Shown here: positions 40,460-50,515 of the stretch, piece after piece | Layout: every line of letters starts with the position of its first letter | Numbering within the stretch: position 1 is the first letter of the stretch | Source: Acidobacteriota bacterium | GTDB taxonomy: Bacteria > Acidobacteriota > UBA6911 > RPQK01 > JAJDTT01 | DNA length: 64,000 nucleotides | Direction of reading: 5' to 3' | Assembly: GCA_965263035.1 (NCBI GenBank) | Contig: OZ253580.1 | Location: forward strand, 4,192,001 to 4,256,000 | Notes under the pieces: model-generated | Seen by the model: only the letters and a program-made list of their open reading frames with translations | Told to the model about the DNA's origin: nothing | Databases searched by the model: none | Program-made: the position numbers and the translations under genes

Positions 40460-42058
40460 ATGAGAAGGCGTTCAGCGGCCTGCGGTTTGGCGGGGCTGGT
40501 GTTTTTTCTCCTGAGCGCCGTTGCTGCTGCGGGCTCTGACGAGCCGGTCGCAGTGGGGAGCGAGAAGCAACTTTTCGCTGGACCCTGGACCGAAGACGGA
40601 CGAGACGGCTATCTCGTCGACTCCATGCGCAACGTCACCATGCGGACGGGCGAGGCGATCGCCACCGGTCAGAAGGTGCCCCTTCCGGCACCCGGATTCG
40701 TGGTTCGCGACGGATCCCTCCACCGGCTCTACTACGGCGCACCAGGTGTCGAATGCGACTTCTGGGACCAGAAGCTCCACTGCAATCTCCTGCGCTACGC
40801 GGAATCGGACGACGGTGTGCACTGGAGAAAGCCTTCATTGGGCCTGGTGGAGTGGGAAGGCTCCCGCGACAACAACATCCTGTTCCCCAACGACGATTTC
40901 CCCTACGCTGTGGCCTCCGTCGGCGTCAACACCGTGTTCGTGGATCCCAACGCGTCCGGTCCCGGAGATCGGCTCAAGGCCAGCTACAAACTCACTCCGC
41001 CCCAGGAAACCGGTCCGGACAATGCAATGGAACCGCTTCCCGACGGAAAGGGGAAATACGGTTTTGTGTCCGCCGACGGTATTCACTGGAAGCGGATCAC
41101 GGGCAAGCTGGGCACCTCGGGGGACGGCGGCTTCGAACCCTTCTGGGACGGGCGCATCGGCAAGTACGTGGCCTACAGCCGGGTCAAGACTTTCGACGAC
41201 CCGCGGCAGGTGGACTACTACCATCGGGTCTACGGCAAGCGGAAAATGAACTGGAGGGCCCGGCTCCTCCGCATGGGGCGGTCGGTGTCGGACGATTTCG
41301 TTCACTGGAGTCCGGAGGAGATCGTCCTGGCCCCTGACGACGTGGACGAGGCCGATTCCGTGGCCCCGAACCGCGTCGATTTCTACAGCCTGCCCGTGAT
41401 CCAGTACACGAGCCGGGCCTACGTGGCCTTCCTCTCCATCTACAGTCATTGGAAAGCCCGGGTCAAGAAGGACGGATCGCTGAGCCAGTTCCCGGGACGG
41501 GCCGACATCCAGTTGGCCACGAGCCGCGACGGCATCCACTGGAGCCGGTCCCCGGGGCGGACCCCCTTCATTCGGCTGGGTCCCCAGGGGAGCTTCTGGG
41601 CCGGAATGCTCTTCGTCAAACGTCCGCTCCCCTCGGCGTCGGCCCCGCGCCTGGAGGTCTTCTTCGATGGTTGGCGGAAAGTCCACAACGATCCGACCCG
41701 GACGGGGCAGCCGGTGCGGGGCGTGGCCGTCACCCGGACCGACGGCTTCATCGTGGCCGAAGCCGCCTACACCGGAGGAGAATTGACCACGAAGCCGCTG
41801 GTCTTCGAGGGGAACACGCTCCAATTGAACACGGACACCAGCGCCGGGGGCATCGTGCAGGTAGAGATCCAGGACGAGTCGGGCCGGCCGGTGGAGGGAT
41901 TCAAGGCGGCCGATGCCGACGAGATCAACGGCAACTACCTGAAGGTCGCGGCCAGTTGGAACGGCCGGTCCGACGTGAGCTCGCTGGCGGGGCAACCGGT
42001 CCGCCTCCGCTTCCTCATGCGTGACGCCCGCCTCTACGCTTTCCGGTTCAGCCCCTGA
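40460..42058 (+). CDS. Secreted propeller glycoside hydrolase-like protein (same family)
   Basis: YAESDDGVHW.KP.LG, SRDGIHW, GGELTTKPL, ARLYAFRF. Confidence 0.7.
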   Translation: MRRRSAACGLAGLVFFLLSAVAAAGSDEPVAVGSEKQLFAGPWTEDGRDGYLVDSMRNVTMRTGEAIATGQKVPLPAPGFVVRDGSLHRLYYGAPGVECDFWDQKLHCNLLRYAESDDGVHWRKPSLGLVEWEGSRDNNILFPNDDFPYAVASVGVNTVFVDPNASGPGDRLKASYKLTPPQETGPDNAMEPLPDGKGKYGFVSADGIHWKRITGKLGTSGDGGFEPFWDGRIGKYVAYSRVKTFDDPRQVDYYHRVYGKRKMNWRARLLRMGRSVSDDFVHWSPEEIVLAPDDVDEADSVAPNRVDFYSLPVIQYTSRAYVAFLSIYSHWKARVKKDGSLSQFPGRADIQLATSRDGIHWSRSPGRTPFIRLGPQGSFWAGMLFVKRPLPSASAPRLEVFFDGWRKVHNDPTRTGQPVRGVAVTRTDGFIVAEAAYTGGELTTKPLVFEGNTLQLNTDTSAGGIVQVEIQDESGRPVEGFKAADADEINGNYLKVAASWNGRSDVSSLAGQPVRLRFLMRDARLYAFRFSP

Positions 42059-42084
42059 CCGTTTTGCTGGCGAATGAGAAGGGG

Positions 42085-42233
42085 CGGAGGGGCGACATCC
42101 TTGTCGCCCATTGGGAGGTGACTTTCTTGTCGCCTGCTCTTCTTTGTCGCTACCGGATGCTGCGGCCGGAAAGTGTAGAGTGGGGACTCCGTCCCCCCTG
42201 CCCCCCTGGTCGGCGACAAGAAAGTCGCCGCTC
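42085..42233. repeat. Cluster of REP-like palindromes
   Basis: GGCGACATCCTTGTCGCC, GGTGACTTTCTTGTCGCC, GTAGAGTGGGGACTCCGTCCCC, GGCGACAAGAAAGTCGCCGCTC. Confidence 0.75.
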
Positions 42234-42863
42234 GTGCGCCCGACATGGGCTGTATCTAAGGGATGAAAGATCCCAAGGGAGGTGATGGGACCAACCCTAG
42301 CCGAACCGCAAGGCGTAGCCGCGAGGTGAAGCTGAAGGAAGCGGAAGGCAAACCCACGACCGCAGGAACACGAACCGGCAGCGAGGCCGGGTGCGGGCGG
42401 TGAGCTGGCGAGCAACAGCGAAACCCGAACCCCATCCAGACGTACCAGGTAGAGTCGGGCGGCCCGGGGGGAAAGATGCAGCACCTTACTCGGGGAGATC
42501 TCAAGGGTGAGAGCCTTTGAGAAGTCAGCAGAGGTCATAGTAGCGAAGAAGCCGGATAATGCCGGTGGAGCGAAGGACCGAAGGAGTCGGACGGGCCCTA
42601 TGGTGGACTCGTCAGCGGGATCGCAAATACCTCCGAAAACGGGGCGGGGGGAGGCCCCTCGGACCCGGCATGGAAGGCCCACGGGTGGAGCCCGGCAAGC
42701 CGGAAGGGCGGAGATCAAGTCTCAGCGGCGGCGAAAACCGGAAAGAAAGGCCCTGTACGAGGCTCGAAAGAGCCTCGGGTGACTCCAACCGCCGGATACT
42801 GAAAACGGTACGTCCGGTGGTGTGGGAGGGTGCGGGGGCGCAATCCCCTGCACTCGACCCGAT
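42234..42863 (+). ncRNA. RT-less group II intron, class IIC (copy 1, 630 nt)
   Basis: 5' GTGCGCCC; GAGAAGTCAGCAGAGG domain II/III junction; short domain V CCGCCGGATAC...GTACGTCCGGTGG; domain VI ending ACCCGAT; no RT ORF. Confidence 0.9.
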
Positions 42864-42923
42864 CTCGCCTATCGTCTTGCAGCCTGTCTTGTTCCGTCAG
42901 TATCGTAGTCGGAGGAGGACGTC

Positions 42924-44786
42924 ATGCAGCAGAGGGGATTCCGCAGCAGCATCACCACCCAAGGGCGGCGCATGGCCGGGGCCCGGGCTCTCTGGAGGGC
43001 CACCGGCATGAAGACGGAGGACTTCCGGAAACCCATCATCGCCATCGCCAACTCGTTTGCCCAATTCGTCCCCGGGCACGTTCACCTGCATCCCCTCGGC
43101 CAGAGGGTCAAACAGGTCATCGACGCCAGCGGCGGGTACGGAGTGGAGTTCAACACCATCGCCCTGGACGACGGCATCGCCATGGGACACGACGGCATGC
43201 TCTACTCCCTCCCCAGCCGCGAGCTGATCGCCGACAGCGTGGAGTACATGGTGAACGGCCACAAGGCGGACGCCCTGGTCTGCATTTCCAACTGCGACAA
43301 GATCACTCCGGGAATGCTCCTGGGCGCTCTGCGGCTGAACCTGCCCACGATTTTCGTCTCGGGAGGCCCCATGGAGGCCGGCCGGGCCCTGCTGGCTTCG
43401 GGTCCGGCCAAGCTGGATCTGGTCGATTCCATGGTGGCCGCCGGAGACAGCCGGATCAGCGACGCCGAGGTCCTGAAGATGGAGGAGGAGGCCTGTCCCA
43501 CCTGCGGGTCCTGCTCGGGCATGTTCACGGCCAACAGCATGAACTGTCTCAACGAAGCCATCGGCTTGGCCCTGCCGGGCAACGGGACCATCCTCGCGAC
43601 CCACTCACTGCGCTGGCAGCTCTTCGAGCGGGCCGCCAGGCGCATCGTCCAGATGGCCCGCGCCTATTACCTGGAGGGAGACGAAACGGTGCTGCCCCGG
43701 AGCATCGCGACCTTCGAAGCCTTCGAGAACGCCATGAGTCTGGACATCGCCATGGGGGGTTCCACCAACACGGTGCTGCACATCCTGGCCATGGCGCACG
43801 AGGCGGGCGTGGAGTTCACCATGGCCGACATCGACCGCCTCTCGCGGCAGGTGCCCTGTATCTGCAAGGTGGCGCCGGCCACGGGGAAGTTTCATCTGGA
43901 GGACGTGGCCCGGGCCGGCGGGATCCCAACTATCCTGGGAGAGCTCCAGCGCGCCGGCCAGATCCACTCCGGGGTGGGAACCGTCTCCGGGGACGGCATG
44001 GGAGACATGATTCGCAAGAATGACCTTCGCGACGGCAACGGGTCGGTATCCGATTTCGCCCGCCGACGGGCGCTGGCGGCTCCCGGAGGGGTCCGCTCCC
44101 GGGAGGCGTTTTCTCAGGAGAACTATTATCAAGGGTCCGACGTCGACTCGAGGGAAGGCTGCATCCGATCGGCCGAGCACGCCTATTCCCAGGATGGAGG
44201 GCTGGCCGTCCTGTACGGCAATCTGGCCGAGGACGGTTGCATAGTGAAGACGGCAGGGGTGGACGAGTCGATCTGGGTCTTCCAGGGGCCGGCCCGGGTC
44301 TTCGAGTCCCAGGAGGAAGCCTGCGACGGGATCCTGGGCGGACGGGTCGAGGCCGGTGACGTGGTGGTGATCCGGTACGAGGGGCCCAAAGGCGGTCCGG
44401 GAATGCAGGAGATGCTCTATCCGACCTCCTACATCAAGGCCCGGCAGTTGGGCGCCAAATGCGCGCTGCTGACGGACGGCCGTTTCAGCGGCGGAACCAG
44501 CGGATTGTCCATCGGCCACGTCTCTCCCGAAGCGGCTGAGGGTGGGGCCATCGCGCTGGTGGAAGAGGGAGACCTCATCCGCGTCCACATTCCCGAACGG
44601 ACGCTGGAATTGGCGGTCCCCGAGGAGGAGTTGGCGCGCCGCCGCCGTCGCATGGAGGCTCGCGGTCAGGAAGCCTACCGTCCGCGCGACCGTCACCGTC
44701 CCATCTCCCAGGCCCTGGCCGCCTACGCCGCCCTGACCACCAGCGCCGCTCGGGGCGCCGTCCGTGACATCTCCCAGCTCCGATGA
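42924..44786 (+). CDS. ilvD: Dihydroxy-acid dehydratase
   Basis: [75 protein letters not shown]. Confidence 0.97.
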   Translation: MQQRGFRSSITTQGRRMAGARALWRATGMKTEDFRKPIIAIANSFAQFVPGHVHLHPLGQRVKQVIDASGGYGVEFNTIALDDGIAMGHDGMLYSLPSRELIADSVEYMVNGHKADALVCISNCDKITPGMLLGALRLNLPTIFVSGGPMEAGRALLASGPAKLDLVDSMVAAGDSRISDAEVLKMEEEACPTCGSCSGMFTANSMNCLNEAIGLALPGNGTILATHSLRWQLFERAARRIVQMARAYYLEGDETVLPRSIATFEAFENAMSLDIAMGGSTNTVLHILAMAHEAGVEFTMADIDRLSRQVPCICKVAPATGKFHLEDVARAGGIPTILGELQRAGQIHSGVGTVSGDGMGDMIRKNDLRDGNGSVSDFARRRALAAPGGVRSREAFSQENYYQGSDVDSREGCIRSAEHAYSQDGGLAVLYGNLAEDGCIVKTAGVDESIWVFQGPARVFESQEEACDGILGGRVEAGDVVVIRYEGPKGGPGMQEMLYPTSYIKARQLGAKCALLTDGRFSGGTSGLSIGHVSPEAAEGGAIALVEEGDLIRVHIPERTLELAVPEEELARRRRRMEARGQEAYRPRDRHRPISQALAAYAALTTSAARGAVRDISQLR

Positions 44787-44868
44787 CGGGCGGGTCGAAA
44801 TTCAAACGCCAAGAGTTGGATCGGGTGGCGAATCGGGAGCCTTGCCACCACTCGTGGCCGAAGCCGGA

Positions 44869-45035
44869 CTGGGAGCCCGCGCGGCAGAAATTGATCTACT
44901 GCGAAAGCGGTAGAATCGATCCATATTCCCCCGATTTGTCGGCGAATAGAACAACTATGCACCTCCAAATCGAGAAAATCCGGCCTCGATTCCCCGCTTT
45001 CTCGCTACGATTATTTTTACCGCGCAGACTCCTGG
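44869..45035 (-). mobile_element. MITE copy 2 (inverted, CTGG duplication)
   Basis: Reverse complement of copies 1 and 3 with several substitutions; flanked by direct CTGG. Confidence 0.88.
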
Positions 45036-45299
45036 CCTACAACAACCGCCGTGAGGTCAATCTGCTGGCCCAGTCCCCGCCTCTGTGGTCCCGAAAAGGG
45101 GTGCAGTCGTGACCGGAAAATTTATGGCATTCCTGCTCCCGAAATCTTGACGATGGCTTGAGGCGAAATTTTTCTTAGCGCTGTTCATTTGATTTTTGCC
45201 GTGGTATAAATCACTTAACTTTGCGCTATTGTCTTCCATTTCCACAGCGAAGCCGACGTAGCGTGTCACCACAAATTTCTTTTGGGGGGAGGAACATCC

Positions 45300-45620
45300 A
45301 TGGGTAGAATCATTACTGCTTTGACCGTCTTGGTGGCAATCATCGAGGGAGTCGGCAATCTGGAGACAGGGGGCATACTCGCATTGGCTCTGGTCGTCTT
45401 GGGTATCGTTTATGCGGTAACTGAGATCGATGCCGAAGATGCGACAGGCCCGCTGGCCGTTGTCATCGCCTCCGGTGCTGCCGTAAATGCGGAGGTGTTG
45501 AACAACATCCCCGCGATTGGCATGCACCTGAACGCCATCCTCGGAGAGGTTGTCGTGGCGCTGTATGCTGGTGCCGCAACCATTCTCGTGGTGAGGATCA
45601 TCAACCGGCTCAAGGGCTGA
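45300..45620 (+). CDS. Small hydrophobic membrane protein
   Basis: Strong GGAGG RBS, ~4 TM helices, AT-rich upstream region, downstream hairpin. Confidence 0.75.
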   Translation: MGRIITALTVLVAIIEGVGNLETGGILALALVVLGIVYAVTEIDAEDATGPLAVVIASGAAVNAEVLNNIPAIGMHLNAILGEVVVALYAGAATILVVRIINRLKG

Positions 45621-45627
45621 AGTTTTC

Positions 45628-45660
45628 GGCTGAGGAGCGGTCCCCAACCGCTCCTCAGCC
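45628..45660 (+). terminator. Stem-loop terminator
   Basis: GGCTGAGGAGCGG-7nt-CCGCTCCTCAGCC, 13-bp perfect stem right after the stop codon, between convergent genes. Confidence 0.65.
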
Positions 45661-45892
45661 CTCTCGCCTCATTTCATTGCGCGCGCGACGGGCAGCTCGG
45701 CTGAGCCTTGACAAGGGGGCGAAGGCCGAGTTGGCAGTCGTCGCGTTTCGTCCGATTTCGGGCGTTCTCGCACCTTTTTCTATCTCGACGAAATCCCCGG
45801 GTTAATTGACTCAAGTTGGAACGCACCGTGACGGCGGTCCGTCCGAATTCCTCTGCCGCTCCACAGTGCTCCCTTCCAAACTCCCGTCCGGC

Positions 45893-48800
45893 CTAAAAAT
45901 AGAACTTTAGCGCCATCTGTAGCTGCCGAGCCGGTTGGGCATGCCCCAGAGCTCCGAACTCCGAGGTCCCGAACTCACCGGTCCTGGACCTGCCCGTCAG
46001 CAGGAAGTTGGGATGGTTGGTGGCGTTGAAGGCCTCCAGGCGCAGCTCCACCCGCTGGGTGTCCTGGAGATGAAATGTGCGCCGGAGTGAAAGGTCCAGA
46101 TTGATCACGCCCGGTCCCTCGACCGAACTCCGTCCCGCATTTCCGTAAAGGAACTCCCCTGGACGCCGGAACGCCCCGGTGTCGAACCACCGGGAAGGAC
46201 TCCGCTCCGAGTCTTTGAGGTTGGGATTCCGAATCCGGTCCGGCCATTGCGAATGGTAGGAGCCGGTGTCCAGAGGATCACCGGGCAGGTAGACTGTAAA
46301 CCAACCGCCGTCCTGGAAGCTGGCGATGACCCGGATCGACCAGCCGCCGGCGATCTTCGCGAATGCCCCTTTGGAAAGAAAGGACCGTCCGGCGCCGAAG
46401 GGCAGATCGTAACCCGCGGTCAGCATCATTCGTTTGGGCGCGTGGAATTCCGAAAGGGACCGATTGGCTTCCAGCGGCAGGTTGCGCGATCGGAATCTGC
46501 GTCTCGAGGGCGGGCCCTGGTATCCGCCCCCGGTATCGATCTGCCGGGACCAGTCGAAAACCACCAGGGCCGAGAGTCCGTACCGGTCCGGCCTCTTCTC
46601 CACCTGCAACTGCATGCCGTGAAACCAGGCGTCGGCATCGGCGAAGGGCATCTCGACGGTTTGCAGCTCAGGGTAAGGGCGGCGCCGGCTCCGGTCGCCC
46701 GGTCCGGGGACCGCATCGTTCAGGGAGACGGTTTCCAGACGGTTGGAGGAATGAGACCCCAGGTATCCCACCTGCAGCAGGATGCCCGGGGAAAGCCGGT
46801 GCTGAACGCTGAGTCCCCAGGAGTGGGTGGCCGCCAGCGGAAGCGGCGTCTCCATCCCCGAGTGGTTGGGAGCCGCCGAATCTGTGAGACGCTCCGGAAA
46901 CGGCTCGGAAAGCCTCAACGTGGCCTGCTCCAGCGGCGCCAGGAACACCAGGCGCTGAGCCCCTGGACGTGGATTTTTGGCCATTTCCTGAACCATGTTC
47001 AGATCGGGCTCGTTGGAATAGATCCCGTAGCCGCTCCTCAGCACGGTGGCGTTTCCGAGTCGAAACGAAATCCCCAGGCGGGGGAGGATGGCGGAGGCTC
47101 GATTCCACTCGACCAGGGGAAACCCGGGTTCGAAGCGGCCGGTCTGTGGAACGGGCGGATCGGCGATCAGGAGCGGGGGAATCAGGCGCCCCTCGGCCAC
47201 GTCGAAGTTGGCCATGAAGCCCCGCTTGTCTCGCCAGGGAAGTCGAAGCTCGTACCGGAGTCCCAGCGTGAGGGTCAACCTGGGCCGGACCCTCCACACG
47301 TCCTTGAGGTAGAAATAGAAGCTGTTCTGGTGGAAGTTTCCCCGGAAGCCCTCCCCGCCCAACTCGGTGCGTACCGGATGGCCCAGCAGAAAGTCGGCGA
47401 ACGCATTTCCCGTATACCGGCTGAAGAACTCGAATCTGGATCGGCGTTCCATCACGTAGAAGTTGTAGTGCTGCCGGAATTCGACTCCTCCTCTCACGGT
47501 GTGGTTGCCGCGGGACCAGGAGACATCGTCCTTGACCTGCCAATTCCCCACGTTGGCGTGTCCCACGGCGCCCGAGTCGCCGATTCCCGTGTAGCCCTGG
47601 ATGACGATCGTGGGAACACCGCTGCGGTCGGCTTCGTTCGTCAACAGTTGCGGAATGCCGAGACTCAATGGGACCTGGGGCTTGGGGTGGGACGGGCCGG
47701 CGATGTAGGGGCGGAAAAACCAGTGGATGCCGGCCGCGTTGATCAGGCCGGTTCCGAACGTCCGGGTGTTGGAGATGGATTGTCCATAGGTCCGCAGGGG
47801 CTGCACTGCGGAGAAGACGCTGAAAGTCCGGGGGGACACCTGGGGACTCGAATCCCAGATGAAGCGGCCGGCCCATCGGTTGCCGGGTGAGGTCGTAAAG
47901 TCCAAGCGCGAGATGAGTTGGGGATTGTCCAGGTTCGCCGTCGAATCGGGACTCGTGAAGTTCAATGAGCCCGGAGTATTGGGAGACGGCCAGAAGTGGA
48001 GGAGCTTCCTGGACACCGGATCCAGGCGGTGCTCGGGCATCCGGTCCGCCGGGAAAAACTGTCCTGTCGCAGGGTCCAAGATGGGCGACGCAAACTCGCC
48101 CCGCTTTTCGGCGTCGGTGGGAACGACTCCGGTCAACGGCCGGGTCTCCCGAATCGACCGGAACTGGTAGGAAAGGAAGAACCAGGCCCGGTCCCTCCCG
48201 TCGAACAGCCCCGGGATCACGATGGGTCCGCCCAGGGTCGCTCCCAACTGGTTGCGCTTGAATTCGGCCTTCCTCTGTTCGAAGAAGTCCCGGGCGTCCA
48301 GATTGTCGTTCCTGTGAAACCAATACAGGTTTCCGTGAAACTGGTTGCTGCCGCTCTTGGTCACGGCGGTGATCTGCCCGCCCGGACGCACGCCGTACTC
48401 GGCCGAATAGAGGCCGGTCTTCACGTCGAATTCCCGCAAGGCGTCGGTGCTCGCCTTGAACGAGGTCTCCCCGTCTCCGTGGGTGAAGAGGGTGCCGTCG
48501 ATATAGGTCAGATTATCCTTGAACCTCATCCCCATGACCTTGACGTTGCCCCGGTTCGAGGCCGAGGGAGTCGCCCCGGCCGCCAAGCCGGCCAGCTTTC
48601 CGATGTCGCGGGCGTTGACGGGCAAAGAGTCGAGTTTCTCCTGGTCGATGACCTGTCCCAGATCCGTCCTCCCGGCCCCCAGCAGGGCCGGGTCCGCTTG
48701 TTTGACCGAGGCGCCGGGGCCTGTCCCCCGCCGGAGTTGGAAATCCGCCCTGGCGGACTGTCCCACCAGCAGTTCCAGATCTCGGAGAACCTCGGTCCGG

Positions 48801-49063
48801 AACCCCGGCAGCGCCACGGTCAACTGATATTTTCCTACCCGTAGACCGTCGCGCCGGAAATAGCCCGCCGCTCCGCTGAGCAGGTCGGCGACTTCGTTGG
48901 TGTCCATGTGCCTGAGGCTGACCTGGGCGTTCGCCGCCGCCGCTCCGTCCTCCCGTAGAACCCGGCCCAGAATCGTGCCGGTGTCGATTTGGGCCTCAAG
49001 GAGTACGCCGGCCGCCAGGCAGAGGACCCAAGCCGGCGCCAGAATTCTTCGGACGAGATTCAT
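45893..49063 (-). CDS. TonB-dependent receptor (acidobacterial Oar-like, carboxypeptidase-regulatory N-domain)
   Basis: AQIDTGTILGRV, LPVNARD, TKSGSNQFHG, RNQLGATLGGPI, LRLEAFNATNHPNF, RQLQMALKFYF. Confidence 0.92.
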   Translation of the reverse strand: MNLVRRILAPAWVLCLAAGVLLEAQIDTGTILGRVLREDGAAAANAQVSLRHMDTNEVADLLSGAAGYFRRDGLRVGKYQLTVALPGFRTEVLRDLELLVGQSARADFQLRRGTGPGASVKQADPALLGAGRTDLGQVIDQEKLDSLPVNARDIGKLAGLAAGATPSASNRGNVKVMGMRFKDNLTYIDGTLFTHGDGETSFKASTDALREFDVKTGLYSAEYGVRPGGQITAVTKSGSNQFHGNLYWFHRNDNLDARDFFEQRKAEFKRNQLGATLGGPIVIPGLFDGRDRAWFFLSYQFRSIRETRPLTGVVPTDAEKRGEFASPILDPATGQFFPADRMPEHRLDPVSRKLLHFWPSPNTPGSLNFTSPDSTANLDNPQLISRLDFTTSPGNRWAGRFIWDSSPQVSPRTFSVFSAVQPLRTYGQSISNTRTFGTGLINAAGIHWFFRPYIAGPSHPKPQVPLSLGIPQLLTNEADRSGVPTIVIQGYTGIGDSGAVGHANVGNWQVKDDVSWSRGNHTVRGGVEFRQHYNFYVMERRSRFEFFSRYTGNAFADFLLGHPVRTELGGEGFRGNFHQNSFYFYLKDVWRVRPRLTLTLGLRYELRLPWRDKRGFMANFDVAEGRLIPPLLIADPPVPQTGRFEPGFPLVEWNRASAILPRLGISFRLGNATVLRSGYGIYSNEPDLNMVQEMAKNPRPGAQRLVFLAPLEQATLRLSEPFPERLTDSAAPNHSGMETPLPLAATHSWGLSVQHRLSPGILLQVGYLGSHSSNRLETVSLNDAVPGPGDRSRRRPYPELQTVEMPFADADAWFHGMQLQVEKRPDRYGLSALVVFDWSRQIDTGGGYQGPPSRRRFRSRNLPLEANRSLSEFHAPKRMMLTAGYDLPFGAGRSFLSKGAFAKIAGGWSIRVIASFQDGGWFTVYLPGDPLDTGSYHSQWPDRIRNPNLKDSERSPSRWFDTGAFRRPGEFLYGNAGRSSVEGPGVINLDLSLRRTFHLQDTQRVELRLEAFNATNHPNFLLTGRSRTGEFGTSEFGALGHAQPARQLQMALKFYF

Positions 49064-49238
49064 GATTGCCAATCCGCCGTCCATGATACTCGCTGGTGAG
49101 TCCGGCCTCGTGTGAATTGCGCCGCCGGGTTTCGAGAGTGGTCCTGCAGACCCAAAACGCCGGTTTCCCGCTTGCGCGGAAGGGGGCTTTCCTGGAGACT
49201 CGGTTATCACACGGCACAACAACGTAAGGTAGGAGTCC

Positions 49239-50462
49239 ATGAACCGAAGACGATTCGTCGGCTCGGTGGCCGGGACCGCCGGGTTGGCCGCCGCCATGGC
49301 ACAAAACGCTCGTGGGGAAGCCCATCAGGCTCTCTCATCCATGCGGATCACCCGGATTCGCTTCTACGAGGCCCCCTCCCGCGTCATGTTCAATCAGAGC
49401 TCCCACGTTTCGCTGGTCGAAACGGACCAGGGCATCGTGGGGGTGGGCGAAGGGGGATCGGAGGACACGATTCGCCAGTGTGCCGGCCTGCTCATCGGAG
49501 AGAATCCGGCCCGCATTGAGCATCTCTGGCAGCTCATGTACTGGGGCCACTTCTATCCGCCCGGGCGGGAAAAGATCCATGCGCTGGGTGCACTGGACCT
49601 GGCGCTCTGGGACATCCGGGGCAAAGCTCTCGGAGTCCCGGTCTACCACTTGCTGGGAGGTCCGGTTCGAAACCACATCGAGTGCTATTCGACGGGTTTC
49701 CCCGGCTACAAGAATCCGCGCGACGCGGCACGTGCGTGCATGGATGCCGGCTTTCGAGCCTATCGGACCAGCACTCGTGGTTCGGGCAACCAATTCAACC
49801 CTCGCCAATCCGTTCGCGACACCTACAAGCTGTGCGCGGAAGTGCGCAAGGGCGTGGGCGCCAGCGGCGATTGGGCCATCGACTACCACACGCGGCTGGA
49901 CATGCCCGATGCCATCCGGCTTTCCAGCCTCATCGAGGATCTGGAGCCCTACTTCGTCGAAGACCTGCTCCGCAGCGAGAACCCGGGCGTCTACCGGCAG
50001 CTGCGCCCTCAAGTGAAGGTGCCCATCGCCGTAGGCGAGCAGTTCGGCGACCGCTGGGATATCAACGAGCTGATCGAGGAACGCCTGATCGACTATTCGA
50101 GGATCTCCCTGCCCAACGCCGGCGGTATCACCGAGTTCATGAAGATCGCAACCTTGTGCGAGACCCACTACGTCGGGCTGGTCCCCCATTTCACCGGACC
50201 CATTGCCACTGCCGCCCTGGTCCATGCGTGCAACGCCTTTCCGGGACCCGTCCTGATGGAGATGTTGGGCGGCGGTAAAGAGGATCTGGATCACCTGCCG
50301 GTGAGCTACGACTTTCGGGACGGAAAACTCTGGCCCAGCGCCCGGCCGGGCCTCGGTGTGGAGGTCGATACGGAATCGCTGAAGCTGGTGGCCGAAGTCA
50401 CGGAGCCGCTGGAGGGTGCTCCCCTGAATCGGCGTCCCGACGGGTCCATCACCAATTGGTGA
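49239..50462 (+). CDS. Tat-signal mandelate racemase family protein
   Basis: MNRRRFV signal; ALDLALWDIRGK, DYHTR, VPIAVGE, PGLGVEVD. Confidence 0.88.
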   Translation: MNRRRFVGSVAGTAGLAAAMAQNARGEAHQALSSMRITRIRFYEAPSRVMFNQSSHVSLVETDQGIVGVGEGGSEDTIRQCAGLLIGENPARIEHLWQLMYWGHFYPPGREKIHALGALDLALWDIRGKALGVPVYHLLGGPVRNHIECYSTGFPGYKNPRDAARACMDAGFRAYRTSTRGSGNQFNPRQSVRDTYKLCAEVRKGVGASGDWAIDYHTRLDMPDAIRLSSLIEDLEPYFVEDLLRSENPGVYRQLRPQVKVPIAVGEQFGDRWDINELIEERLIDYSRISLPNAGGITEFMKIATLCETHYVGLVPHFTGPIATAALVHACNAFPGPVLMEMLGGGKEDLDHLPVSYDFRDGKLWPSARPGLGVEVDTESLKLVAEVTEPLEGAPLNRRPDGSITNW

Positions 50463-50515
50463 GGAAAGAGAAAACAGAAAATGTGGAAAGAGTGGGGAAG
50501 AGACGGCGAGGTGAC

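Noticed and set aside
42234-42863. Duplicated segments as DGR template/variable repeats or a retron
   Set aside because: Differences are not adenine-specific, there is no RT in the window, and group II intron boundaries and domain V explain the repeat
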